A stretch of 64,000 nt of DNA. It comes from Promethearchaeota archaeon. GTDB lineage: Archaea; Asgardarchaeota; Lokiarchaeia; Sigyniarchaeales; SOKP01. Below the pieces are notes generated by a model. It worked only from the letters and a program-made list of their open reading frames with translations, was not told the DNA's origin and ran no database searches. The stretch is taken from positions 11,282 to 75,281 of the forward strand of contig JBHLLU010000018.1 in assembly GCA_048938895.1 (NCBI GenBank). Direction: 5' to 3'. Positions 31,477 to 41,530 of the stretch are shown here, one piece after another. A program made the position numbers and the translations under genes. How positions within the stretch are numbered: position 1 is the stretch's first letter; each line of letters opens with the position of its first letter.

Positions 31477-32235
31477 ATTCTTATATGGGTTATTCTATTT
31501 GCCATTTTAGGAAGTGTTGGAGCAATAATGGCTGCTTCACTCTTTTTGGTCTTAAATGAAAATATTCAAAAAAAAATCATTCCCTCACTTTTATCATTTG
31601 CAACGGGTGTATTATTAACTGCTTCTTTATTAGGATTAATTCCAGAAGCAATTGAAAGTTCAGGTGGAGAAGCCCACGTAATTACACCAACTGTTCTTAT
31701 CTCAATATTCGTTTTCTTTTTCTTGGAAAAAATTATTGCGTGGAGAAATTGTCGTGATAACTCCTGTGAAGTTCATTCTCATGCTACAGGACCTATTATT
31801 CTTTTAGGTGATGGGATTCATAATCTTACTGATGGTATTGTTATCGCTGCAGCATTTCTCACTGAATTTAATCTTGGAGTGATCGTTGGTATAACAATAT
31901 TGTCTCATGAAATCCCACAGGAAACGGGAGATTTTGCAATTTTACTACATTCAGGTTATTCGAAAAAAAAGGCAATATTATTTAACTTGCTTTCTAGTTC
32001 CGCAACAATCCCCGCAGCAATCCTTTCTTATTTCTTATTAAATGTTTTTGATGTATTTGTTCCTTTTTTACTTGCTGTATCAGCAGCTAGTTTCATATAT
32101 ATTGCTTTAACGGATTTAACACCAGAATTACATAAAGATACTCAATTGAAATATACTATTCGCCAATTACTGCTTATAATACTAGGGATTGCATTAATGT
32201 GGTTTTTATTATCTTTGGGTATGCATGAACATTAA
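31477..32235 (+). CDS. ZIP-family metal transporter (start uncertain)
   Basis: GDGIHNLTDG, HEIPQETGDF, LTPELH; frame stays open upstream of ATG 31528 and encodes the rest of TM1 (ILIWVILFAILGSVG). Confidence 0.9.
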   Translation: MLIWVILFAILGSVGAIMAASLFLVLNENIQKKIIPSLLSFATGVLLTASLLGLIPEAIESSGGEAHVITPTVLISIFVFFFLEKIIAWRNCRDNSCEVHSHATGPIILLGDGIHNLTDGIVIAAAFLTEFNLGVIVGITILSHEIPQETGDFAILLHSGYSKKKAILFNLLSSSATIPAAILSYFLLNVFDVFVPFLLAVSAASFIYIALTDLTPELHKDTQLKYTIRQLLLIILGIALMWFLLSLGMHEH

Positions 32236-32255
32236 CTAATAAAATTTATTTCAAA

Positions 32256-32720
32256 ATGATAGATATAGATTATATTGTATTAAAAACTCTTATGAGATCG
32301 GAAGGAGGATTAAAAATCGGGGAAATCAAAAAGATATTAGATAATGATTGTTTTTTAACCCATTTAGAAATCTTTCATGATAATGGTATCTCACATTCAA
32401 CATTGGGAAGCTGTATTAAGAGACTTAAAAAAAAAGGTTATGTTGACTATGAACCCTATCATAAAGCAATTTTAACTCAATATGGTTTTGAGCTCGCAAA
32501 AGAATTAAATAGACACAGTCGTCTTCTTGAAGTTTTATTATTCAATGAATTGGGTTTAAGTTCAAAAAAATCTCATCAGGAAAGTGAAAAGTTAAGCTTT
32601 CTTTTATCATGTGAAATAATAAATAAAATTTGTGAGAAATATGGTCATCCAAAAAAATGTCCTTGTGGAGAACCAATACTAAATTCACAAGTATGTGCTT
32701 GTTCTGAACGGGATCTATAA
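32256..32720 (+). CDS. DtxR/MntR-family metal-dependent regulator
   Basis: LKKKGYVDYEPY, RHSRLLE and HPKKCPCGEPI motifs; downstream of the ZIP gene. Confidence 0.9.
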   Translation: MIDIDYIVLKTLMRSEGGLKIGEIKKILDNDCFLTHLEIFHDNGISHSTLGSCIKRLKKKGYVDYEPYHKAILTQYGFELAKELNRHSRLLEVLLFNELGLSSKKSHQESEKLSFLLSCEIINKICEKYGHPKKCPCGEPILNSQVCACSERDL

Positions 32721-32958
32721 ATCAAAAATAAAATATTTACCCTCTTTTAGAGCCAACCATAATTTTGAAAAGTTCTGTTCCTTAAGTGGTGCCGACTAAT
32801 TAGGTCCCCGAAAATAGTGCATCCATTTCTATATGGTTATGGATAAAATATTAGATAATTTTTTGCAAAATGTTGTTTTTACCACACTACTCATACCTAT
32901 AACATTTATCTTTAACCCTATTCCAATATTTATCTCTCTCGATAGAACGATTTAAAAA

Positions 32959-33198
32959 TTATGGCTCAAATTTTTTGCCGCTAATCACTTTTTCAATTGC
33001 TACTAGACACGCTTCCTCCCAATCATCGTCAGGATCAATACTTTCACTACAATTAGGACACCAATCATCAGAATACCCTTCATCAAAATCATCATTTTCC
33101 ATATCACCATTTAGGGTACCACCACAATAAAAACAAACACCATCATCATATCTGTCTAATATTTCAGAAATTATGTCAATTTTTTTTTTTGCATTCAT
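32959..33198 (-). CDS. Small acidic zinc-finger hypothetical protein
   Basis: CFYC...CPNC pairs; Asp-rich. Confidence 0.75.
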   Translation of the reverse strand: MNAKKKIDIISEILDRYDDGVCFYCGGTLNGDMENDDFDEGYSDDWCPNCSESIDPDDDWEEACLVAIEKVISGKKFEP

Positions 33199-33272
33199 CT
33201 TTACAAAAGATTAATTATTTAAAATATAATAAAATAAGAAAAAAAACAATATAAGTATTAATTAACTAGATA

Positions 33273-34310
33273 TTAATAAACAAATGAACTGGCTTCTTTT
33301 AACCTCTTCTCAGCAATTGTAACAATATCACTAATTATTTTTTGCACACTATCTATAGAGTCAATAACTCCAATACTTTGTCCTAAAAGAACAGCACCCT
33401 CCTCTATATCACCATCATATGTCATTTCATAATGCTTTTGGTCTTCCATTGCCATTTCAGGAGTGATCTGGGCCTCTAGAGCCATCTTTTCCTCTTTAGA
33501 TGATACAACACCATGATTTAATGAATATTTATTTTTCCATAGACGAATTGGTCCTAGAACTCCTGTTACCCACGTTGTATCACTTGCTTTCGCGGGAGGT
33601 ACAATATTTTTATATCTATCATGAAATTCACTCTCCTTCGAAGCGATAAATCTGGATCCCATAGCAATTGCTCCCGCGCCCATAGCTAATGCGGAAGCCA
33701 GACCCTCCCCACTAGCGAACCCACCACATGCTACGACAGGAAAATCTGGGTGCTTTTGCTTAACTTGTTGGAGAAGTACTAATGTACTTACTTTTTCATA
33801 GCTCTGGTGCCCACCACCTTCCCAACCTGTTACTACTAGACCATCCACCTCTGCCTCAACACACTTGTCCGCTAACCAAAGAGCTGGAGCTACATGAAAA
33901 TGTTTGATTTGTGATCCACTTTCTTTTAATTTCTGAAATGTCCTTGACTTAGGTAAAGTTCTTGACGAACCTGCGCTTGTGATGGCATATACACATTGTT
34001 CTCTGAGTTTTGGGTTATCCATAATAAATTTTGGGATTTGGCGACACAGATTTCCTGCATCAAGTTGTAACCTTGCTGTTCTGATGTTAAATCCAAAAGG
34101 TTTATTTGTATGTTCTATTACAAACTCCATGTCTTTTTTCATTTCTTCGATACTATTCTTTCCAAACATATTTGTATGGCTTAAAACACCTAAACCTCCT
34201 GCTTCGGAAACAGCTACGGCTAACTCTTTAGTATAAAAAGGTCCCATCGGTGCGGAAATTATCGGATGCTTTATCCCCAACATTTCTGTGACTATCGTTT
34301 TTATACCCAT
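33273..34310 (-). CDS. Nitronate monooxygenase / FabK-like flavoprotein
   Basis: HPIISAPM, AVSEAGGLG, EGGGH, GGF and MGSRF motifs; ATG start at 34310. Confidence 0.92.
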   Translation of the reverse strand: MGIKTIVTEMLGIKHPIISAPMGPFYTKELAVAVSEAGGLGVLSHTNMFGKNSIEEMKKDMEFVIEHTNKPFGFNIRTARLQLDAGNLCRQIPKFIMDNPKLREQCVYAITSAGSSRTLPKSRTFQKLKESGSQIKHFHVAPALWLADKCVEAEVDGLVVTGWEGGGHQSYEKVSTLVLLQQVKQKHPDFPVVACGGFASGEGLASALAMGAGAIAMGSRFIASKESEFHDRYKNIVPPAKASDTTWVTGVLGPIRLWKNKYSLNHGVVSSKEEKMALEAQITPEMAMEDQKHYEMTYDGDIEEGAVLLGQSIGVIDSIDSVQKIISDIVTIAEKRLKEASSFVY

Positions 34311-34634
34311 TTTCCTTACCACTTTTACTTCTATCAATTTTAAAACAAATTAGAATTTATAAGAATTGGAACTTATAAAAAGTTTTTAATTCTTTATAAA
34401 GAAAGCGTCGAAAAGATTTAGCACATAATAATTCAAAATTTCGAATATCTAAGTATTGACATAAATTGTTTATATTGATTCATTCTTAATTGAAACTAGG
34501 CTCGTTCTAAATAAGTTTAAATATCTGTATCCTATTTTGTTTTTAAGAATTAATTTGTATTTAATAATTTATATCAACCTTTTTTCAAATTTGAATCTGA
34601 TAAATAAGAAATGCATTTTTAGGCGATTTTTAAA

Positions 34635-35672
34635 GTGGGAGACGTCATTAACTTAAAATTGATTGTTCTCGGGGAAGGAGACGTAGGGAAGACGTCAATA
34701 ATAAACGCTTTTCTAGATGAGGAATTTTCTGAAAGCTATATGCCAACAATTGGGAGTGTGACGACTAGAAAGGAGTATCTCCTAAGCGAAAACGCTATGT
34801 CTATTAAATTAACGATATGGGATCTTGGAGGCCAAAAATCATTTAATCCCTATAATCCTGCTCATTATTCTAATGCTGATCTTGCTATATTGGTATTCGA
34901 TTTAACGAAACCAGAAGATACACTAAAAAATCTCAAAAAGGAATTTGAAGAAAAATTAGGTAATTCTAAAGAAGAATGCATATCTCTTTTAGCTGGCAAC
35001 AAATTGGATCTTTTTGAAGAGAATTCTACCATTAAAAAGACCTTACAAAATTTCCTTAAAGAAAGAGATAACTTCATTTTAATGTCAGCTAAAAATTCTA
35101 TAAATGTTAATGATTGTTTTGAGCTTCTCCTATATACTTACTTAAAAAGAGCAGAATTATTAGCATCTGATCTGATTCAAGAGGGCACTGCGAACGATTT
35201 CTTAAAATTAATAGCTAAAGATGAAAAATTTTTACAAACAAAATTAACAAATATAAACACCATTGAAAGTGTCATAGAAAAAATGAGTTTAAAGTCTGAA
35301 TCAAAAACAATCGATTTTACTGAAGATGATACTAATGAATTGAAATATCAAGAATTTTTACAACAGGAAATCTATAAAGTTCGTAATCAGAAAAATGATA
35401 TATTTGATCAATTTTTAATAAATCTTTCTGAGTTTGAAAAAGCTCTAACTCATATAAAGAAGACCCATATCAAATCCACAGGAGAAATGGTTGATGCCTT
35501 ACGAAATTTATTAATTACATCTAAAAATGATTTTGAACAAAATATTAAGTTAATTCAAAAATTAAATCTAGAGGAGCATGAGTTAATGATTATCAACTCC
35601 AAGCTCAAAACTGAAAGTCAAGATATAAATAGTAAGGAAATTCTCCATCAAGATAATATATATAATATTTAA
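34635..35672 (+). CDS. Rab-like small GTPase with C-terminal helical/coiled-coil extension
   Basis: GEGDVGKTS, PTIG, WDLGGQ, NKLD and SAK motifs; about 170-aa extra C-terminus. Confidence 0.92.
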   Translation: MGDVINLKLIVLGEGDVGKTSIINAFLDEEFSESYMPTIGSVTTRKEYLLSENAMSIKLTIWDLGGQKSFNPYNPAHYSNADLAILVFDLTKPEDTLKNLKKEFEEKLGNSKEECISLLAGNKLDLFEENSTIKKTLQNFLKERDNFILMSAKNSINVNDCFELLLYTYLKRAELLASDLIQEGTANDFLKLIAKDEKFLQTKLTNINTIESVIEKMSLKSESKTIDFTEDDTNELKYQEFLQQEIYKVRNQKNDIFDQFLINLSEFEKALTHIKKTHIKSTGEMVDALRNLLITSKNDFEQNIKLIQKLNLEEHELMIINSKLKTESQDINSKEILHQDNIYNI

Positions 35673-35692
35673 TTTAGAATGGGGGGATAAAA

Positions 35693-36604
35693 ATATCAAA
35701 TACAGAACCAATTTCAACAAAAGATTTACAAAATTTGAAAGATCAAATGAAGAAAATTGATCAGAAATTAAATCAGCAAATAAAAGCACTTGATCAAAAA
35801 GCTCTTGATCAGATGAGTAAATCTGAAAAAAAATTAACTGATCAATTGAAGAAAATCGAACAAAAAATTGACGAGGATCTAAATAAACTTAATCAAACGT
35901 TAAGTAACCAGATCACTAAAGTTGAACAGAATTCATCTGAAAGGTTAGATAAACTTGAGAAGAGTTTAAACGAGCAAATTAACAGTATTAATAAAAAAAT
36001 TGAAGATATTACTAATATTTTTGATCAAGAGTTAAAAGAAAAGTTTAATATCTTAAATGAAACAGTAGAAGGTAACTATAAAACATTAATCGAAGAATTA
36101 GAAAATTCTTCTAATAAGCTTGATACTGATATTAAATTTCAAGTCAGTAATGTTGAAGATAAAATAAAAATCATAATTGAAAGCATACAAGCTGTAAATG
36201 ATGATTTCTCCCTAAAATTTCAAAGAATGAAAGAGGAATTTGATACTAAAGAGGAAGTTCTGAGAGATATGCTAAAGAAATTTGAAGATGATACGAAAGA
36301 TTATAGAAATACTCTTAAACCTGAGTTAGAGGAGATTAAAAGCCAACAAGATTTATTTAAAATAACTGTTGATGTACTAAAAAAGCAACTATTTGAAAGT
36401 GCTAAAGAATGGATTGAAGATGAAATTAAGTTAGCATGTAAAAATAAAGAAAGAGAAATTTTGATGAATTTATGGGTTGATGAACTTAAAGATGTTATAA
36501 ATAATTTAGATAAATTAAAAGAATCCAATCCTAAGGAGCTTAAACTTCATTTAAATGAAATCTCAAGCACCATTGAATCGTTTCGGCAGAAATTTATAAA
36601 ATAA
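35693..36604 (+). CDS. Coiled-coil protein (probable ATA start at 35693)
   Basis: Long helical K/Q/E/D-rich repeats; GGGGGA SD precedes an in-frame ATA. Confidence 0.8.
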   Translation: MSNTEPISTKDLQNLKDQMKKIDQKLNQQIKALDQKALDQMSKSEKKLTDQLKKIEQKIDEDLNKLNQTLSNQITKVEQNSSERLDKLEKSLNEQINSINKKIEDITNIFDQELKEKFNILNETVEGNYKTLIEELENSSNKLDTDIKFQVSNVEDKIKIIIESIQAVNDDFSLKFQRMKEEFDTKEEVLRDMLKKFEDDTKDYRNTLKPELEEIKSQQDLFKITVDVLKKQLFESAKEWIEDEIKLACKNKEREILMNLWVDELKDVINNLDKLKESNPKELKLHLNEISSTIESFRQKFIK

Positions 36605-36732
36605 AACTATTCTTACCATTGTTTTCTCATTTCCCCCTTATAATTCAATTGTCTTAGATACCATTAAAACAATAGACTTGTTTTTATTAATGTAGAAATT
36701 AATTAACAAATGAGGATTAAATATAAAATTTA

Positions 36733-37710
36733 GTGCCAGTGCTAATGACTCCAAATATTATTTCAATTGGTGAATTATTAGTAGAGATAATGCGAACAGA
36801 ATTAGATATCCCACATGGAATTACTGGTGAAAAATATCAAGGTCCATACCCTAGTGGAGCTCCAGCTATTTTTATTGATTCTGCTTCTCGAATGGGAAAT
36901 CCCTTTAATTTGACTGCAGGCTTTATAGGAGTGGTAGGCAATGATGAATTTGGGGACTGCATAATTAACAAGCTAAAAAATGATGGAGTTGATGTATCCC
37001 AGATTAAAATATCTGACTCAGAAGCTACTGGAATTGCTTTTAACCAATATAACTCAGACGGTTCACGGAAATTTATATTTACTCCTGGAGCTGCCGGGAA
37101 AACCAATCCATCAGATGTAAACGATTTTTACTTTAAAGACATAAGATGTTTGCATATTACGGGAAGCGCTCTTTCAATTAGCAATACTTCACATGAAGCT
37201 TGTGAAAAAGCAATCAAAATAGCGAGAAAAAAAAATCCTAAGGTAATCATCTCTTTTGATCCTAATTTAAGACCAGAAATGCTTAATTTAGATTTGATCC
37301 TTAAAATCTGCCAACCTGTTTTAAAAAAAACCGAAGTTTTACTTCCAAGTGGAGAAGAGGCAGAAATACTGGCAAATTCCAAAGGATCTTTTAAAGCCTG
37401 CCAAAATCTTTTGGAGATGGGACCGAATATCATAGTTTTAAAACAGGGAAAAGAAGGCTGTATAATATTTACAAAAGAAAATTATAATGGAATTAAAGTT
37501 AAAGGTCTAAAAGTTGATGAAATCGATCCAACAGGAGCTGGAGATTCATTTGGAGGAGCATTTTTAATTGGTTATTTAATGAGATGGGATTTAATTAAAA
37601 TCGCTCGATTTGCCAATGCTGTAGGAGCGTTAAAAGTGCAAAGTTTTGGACCTATGCCAAATACTTCTTATAGAGAGGTTATCGAATTCGTAGAAAAGCA
37701 CTATACCTAA
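36733..37710 (+). CDS. PfkB-family carbohydrate kinase
   Basis: PSGAPAI, GNDEFG, FDPNLR and DPTGAGDSF motifs. Confidence 0.95.
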   Translation: MPVLMTPNIISIGELLVEIMRTELDIPHGITGEKYQGPYPSGAPAIFIDSASRMGNPFNLTAGFIGVVGNDEFGDCIINKLKNDGVDVSQIKISDSEATGIAFNQYNSDGSRKFIFTPGAAGKTNPSDVNDFYFKDIRCLHITGSALSISNTSHEACEKAIKIARKKNPKVIISFDPNLRPEMLNLDLILKICQPVLKKTEVLLPSGEEAEILANSKGSFKACQNLLEMGPNIIVLKQGKEGCIIFTKENYNGIKVKGLKVDEIDPTGAGDSFGGAFLIGYLMRWDLIKIARFANAVGALKVQSFGPMPNTSYREVIEFVEKHYT

Positions 37711-38072
37711 ATGGATTAAACAGATAGAAAGATTTTTTGATTCTTGAATATTGGAACATTAAATAATCCTTAAAATTGTTTGATAATGCCTTTTAAATAA
37801 ATTTTATCCACATTTTGTTATTTTAAATTCGATAAAGGATTGTAGGACATTGTTTTTACATCGGTAATATTTAAATTTAATCATTGGGTGTGTCCAAATT
37901 CCCAGAAAAAAAAAGCAAAAAATCAAAATTTAAATAGCAAAAATAAGTATTATTCATAAGAACAAATTGATGTGCAAAATAATGTTCTATTTATATCGAA
38001 AGCTATTTGAACAAAATAGATATTTTTGCAATCACAATAATTAAATTTTATAGTTTCTAATCCTAATTCTAT

Positions 38073-39569
38073 ATGAATAAAGATATTTTATATCCAAAAA
38101 GTAATAGTATGACAGACGAGATCGAAGGAGAGGAAAAGGAAGATAAATCGGAAAAAGAAATTGAGAGAATAGATAAAGAATTTCTCTCAAAAGCTAAAAA
38201 TTCAAGAGATATGATTGATAAAAAGTTGAGAACATTCGAAGATACTATAGAAAATATATCAGAAACAATAACTAACGGCGAGAAAGAAGAAGATAAGGGA
38301 GAACGTGAGAAAGAAATAGAAGAAATTAGTGAAGAAATAAAAGAAGCACAACTTAAACTTGATTCAATATCAAAGAAAATTGATGATAAAGAAGAATACC
38401 TTGCTGCTATTGAAGATACGATATCAGTGCTTGAAGATAAATACAATCGAAAAACAGAGGAAACGAAAAATTTAGAGGAAAGGTTTGAAATTACACAAGA
38501 AAGCAAGAACAATCTTGATGAAGAATATAAAGAATTATTAAGAAATAATGAACAACTTGTAAAGACTTATGAAAGTAGACAAGTAGACCTAATTGTTCTT
38601 ACAGACTCCGTTAAAGAAAAAGTTGCCACTCAAGATGAATTAAGAACTAAAATTTCAAAATTGAATCAAGAAATTTTGGAAAACGAATCAAAACTAGAAA
38701 AGCAAAGAGAAGAATCAGAAGCATTAGAAAAAAAGATAAAAAGCCAGAGTGCTGAAAATGAAACATTAAGATTTTATCTAAATAAGAATAAAGTTGAACT
38801 AGAGCATTCTAATTCCGAAATTCAAGCAAAAGAAGAAGAAAAGAAACTTTTAACAGAACAGATTGAGAAAAAAGAAACAAGAATAAAAGAGATTGAACAA
38901 AGAATTGAGGACTATCACGATGGGTTTCCAGAAATGGAAAAACAAAGGGAAACCTACGAAGAACTACTGGCTAAATATAAAATACAACTTGCAGACAAAC
39001 AACAACAATTGATTGATATGGAATCTCGAATTCAAGAATTAAAAGAATCTAATGAATCTTTAAATGAACAAATTACTACTAAGCAAAATTTAATAGAAGT
39101 AAATGAGAAGAGGATTGAAGATCTTAAGAAGGATATTGAGACCTCAAATATAGAATATCTTGAAAGAGAAGATCGACTTAATGCGTTAACTGAAAAATAT
39201 AAGCGTATGGAATCAGATCATGAAAAATTAAAGAAAGCTAAAGAGGCAATTGAAAGTAGTACGAATGATTCTCGTATTATACTACAACAATTGAAGGAAG
39301 AATTAGAAAATCAAGAAAAGGAGATTAGAGATAAAGAAAGCCGGATTCACAGATTAGAAATTTTATCAGCCATTTATAGAGCATCTAAATTTTTTGGTGG
39401 AATATTGATAGGAGTTGGAATATTTTTTGCGATATGGATTATTGGAATATTCTTCAATATTATAGATGTAGGAGAAATAAATGTGAATACATTCTTAATG
39501 GTGATTTTTCTTTTAGTGGGATCTATTCTCTCAATAATATCTGGGATATTCCACCTTGAAAAATCATAG
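38073..39569 (+). CDS. Long coiled-coil protein with C-terminal TM hairpin (ATG 38109 is an alternative start)
   Basis: About 420 aa E/K-rich heptads followed by two hydrophobic helices. Confidence 0.85.
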   Translation: MNKDILYPKSNSMTDEIEGEEKEDKSEKEIERIDKEFLSKAKNSRDMIDKKLRTFEDTIENISETITNGEKEEDKGEREKEIEEISEEIKEAQLKLDSISKKIDDKEEYLAAIEDTISVLEDKYNRKTEETKNLEERFEITQESKNNLDEEYKELLRNNEQLVKTYESRQVDLIVLTDSVKEKVATQDELRTKISKLNQEILENESKLEKQREESEALEKKIKSQSAENETLRFYLNKNKVELEHSNSEIQAKEEEKKLLTEQIEKKETRIKEIEQRIEDYHDGFPEMEKQRETYEELLAKYKIQLADKQQQLIDMESRIQELKESNESLNEQITTKQNLIEVNEKRIEDLKKDIETSNIEYLEREDRLNALTEKYKRMESDHEKLKKAKEAIESSTNDSRIILQQLKEELENQEKEIRDKESRIHRLEILSAIYRASKFFGGILIGVGIFFAIWIIGIFFNIIDVGEINVNTFLMVIFLLVGSILSIISGIFHLEKS

Positions 39570-39612
39570 TTTAGAATTATATTATAAAACTCTAAAATTT
39601 AATAATTTAAAA

Positions 39613-41493
39613 TTGACTGAAAAAGAACAAGAAGGAATTACTCCCTCAAAATCGATAAGCTTATCATCAGGAATTCTTTATGGAATAGGTTGTGGAATTG
39701 GGGGATCAGTATTTATATTATTAGGAACAGCTATAGATCAAGCACAATCTGGTGTTTTGATTAGTTTGATTTTGGGAGGCATTTTAATTTTTATCACTGC
39801 TTTAAATATTAGTGAATTATCAACTAGCTTACCTATCTCTGGGGGCACCTATAACTTTAGTAAGGAAGCTTTAGGTGGATTTTTAGCATTTATAATTGGA
39901 TTTTTTTTATGGATCGCTAATATCGGAACATTTTCTTTTTCTGCTCAAGCTTTTATAGTTGTTCTAGAAGGATTTTTTCCATTACCTGTAATGAAAAATA
40001 TTTTTATTATCATAGCAATTTTATCAATTTTTTTTACAGTTTTAATTATATATAGAACTCAAAAATTAGCTATGAAGACATTTATAAGTTTAACTATAGT
40101 TTTGTTAATCTTATTCAGCATTTTTATCGTATCTGGTCTTTTTATCGCCCCTTTTAGTAATTCTTCAAATTATGATACAAAATTTTTAACTTCAAATACA
40201 GATTTAATAAGCGTCGTTCTTATGTTCTCTCTTCTCTTTATCTTTTTTGCCAGTATCATTACAAATTTAGCTTATTTAACTGTTAATCTGAAAAATCCTT
40301 CAAAGAATATCCCAAAAACAAATATTTTTGCAGTCCTTATAACACTTGGTATCTATTTACTCATTACAATTGTGTCATTGATTAATATTGGTAGTAATTC
40401 TGGAGACTCCCCAATATTTTTAGCTTTGATTCTTAATGATATATTGGGATTTTTCGGATACTTATTAATGGGTATAGCTTTCACGATTTCGATCTTTATT
40501 GCAATGAATGCCGCTTTAGGATCAGCTGTGAGTGTATTACATGCTTTAGCGAGAGATCACTATGTATCCCAAAAACTATTGAAAAAAAATGAGAAAACAG
40601 GTATTCATACGTTAGCATTAATAATTACTTCAGGAATTGCCTTTTTTTTCACTATTTTAGCAATAGTCTTCGCTGATGTAGGTTTTACAGCTAACATTAC
40701 AACTTTTATTTACTTTTTTGGATTAGCTTTTGTTAATTTTGCGGCAGTGAATCTTAGATATAAGAGAAAAGAGTTAGATCGCCCATTTAAAGCCCCTTTT
40801 TTTCCATATTTACCATTAATTGTAGGTTTTGCTTGTTTGATTTTAGCTTTTGTTCTGAGTATTAATGCAGTTCTTTTAGGATTAATTATTTTTGTAGTGG
40901 GTATCACATATTATTTATTGACAATTGCAGATCGACATTCAGTAATTTTTACCTTAGCAGGTATGAAATTTTTCGCATTTATTATTGTAGGAATTTTTAT
41001 CTGGATTGTTAATAATCAAAGTATATTGATATCTCCTTCAAGAGGATTTGTGAATATTTTTTCTTTTGTTCTATTACGTATTCTTATTTTCATCTGCATA
41101 TTTTCAATCGCAACGATATTTCTAGATATATTTCCACTTAAAGAATTAGTATTTTTCTTTATAAAAAGAGTAAATAAGAAGGAAGTAGCTATAGATGTAG
41201 GTGTTGGTAGGATTATTGAACTAAAGAAACTTAAATCAAAATTAATATATTACATCAATTTAATTATAGCCCTTATCCAGATAGCCTCTTCAATTTTTAT
41301 TTTTACTTTAATTTCTTTATTTTCTTTAGAAATTATTTCTATAGATAGTGTTACTTTTGGTACCACTGAAATTCCTCAGAACACAGCTGAATTCCTTTTC
41401 AATGCAATTCTATTGTTTTTTGGTACAACTTTATTACTTGGCGGTGTTTTTAGTATATTTCTAAATCGAGAAACAAAATCCCTTGGCATTTAG
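39613..41493 (+). CDS. APC-family amino acid permease with extra C-terminal TMs
   Basis: GCGIGGSVF, ELSTSLPISGGTY, NPSKNIP, LARD and RPFKAPFFP motifs; TTG start. Confidence 0.9.
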   Translation: MTEKEQEGITPSKSISLSSGILYGIGCGIGGSVFILLGTAIDQAQSGVLISLILGGILIFITALNISELSTSLPISGGTYNFSKEALGGFLAFIIGFFLWIANIGTFSFSAQAFIVVLEGFFPLPVMKNIFIIIAILSIFFTVLIIYRTQKLAMKTFISLTIVLLILFSIFIVSGLFIAPFSNSSNYDTKFLTSNTDLISVVLMFSLLFIFFASIITNLAYLTVNLKNPSKNIPKTNIFAVLITLGIYLLITIVSLINIGSNSGDSPIFLALILNDILGFFGYLLMGIAFTISIFIAMNAALGSAVSVLHALARDHYVSQKLLKKNEKTGIHTLALIITSGIAFFFTILAIVFADVGFTANITTFIYFFGLAFVNFAAVNLRYKRKELDRPFKAPFFPYLPLIVGFACLILAFVLSINAVLLGLIIFVVGITYYLLTIADRHSVIFTLAGMKFFAFIIVGIFIWIVNNQSILISPSRGFVNIFSFVLLRILIFICIFSIATIFLDIFPLKELVFFFIKRVNKKEVAIDVGVGRIIELKKLKSKLIYYINLIIALIQIASSIFIFTLISLFSLEIISIDSVTFGTTEIPQNTAEFLFNAILLFFGTTLLLGGVFSIFLNRETKSLGI

Positions 41494-41530
41494 ACCATCA
41501 CCGATCTATTCCACAAAGGAGAAGTTATAT

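Noticed and set aside
32744-32820. TTTTAGAGC...AAGTGGTGCCGA resemblance to Cas9 repeat/tracrRNA
   Set aside because: Only short matches, with no array or cas gene; likely chance
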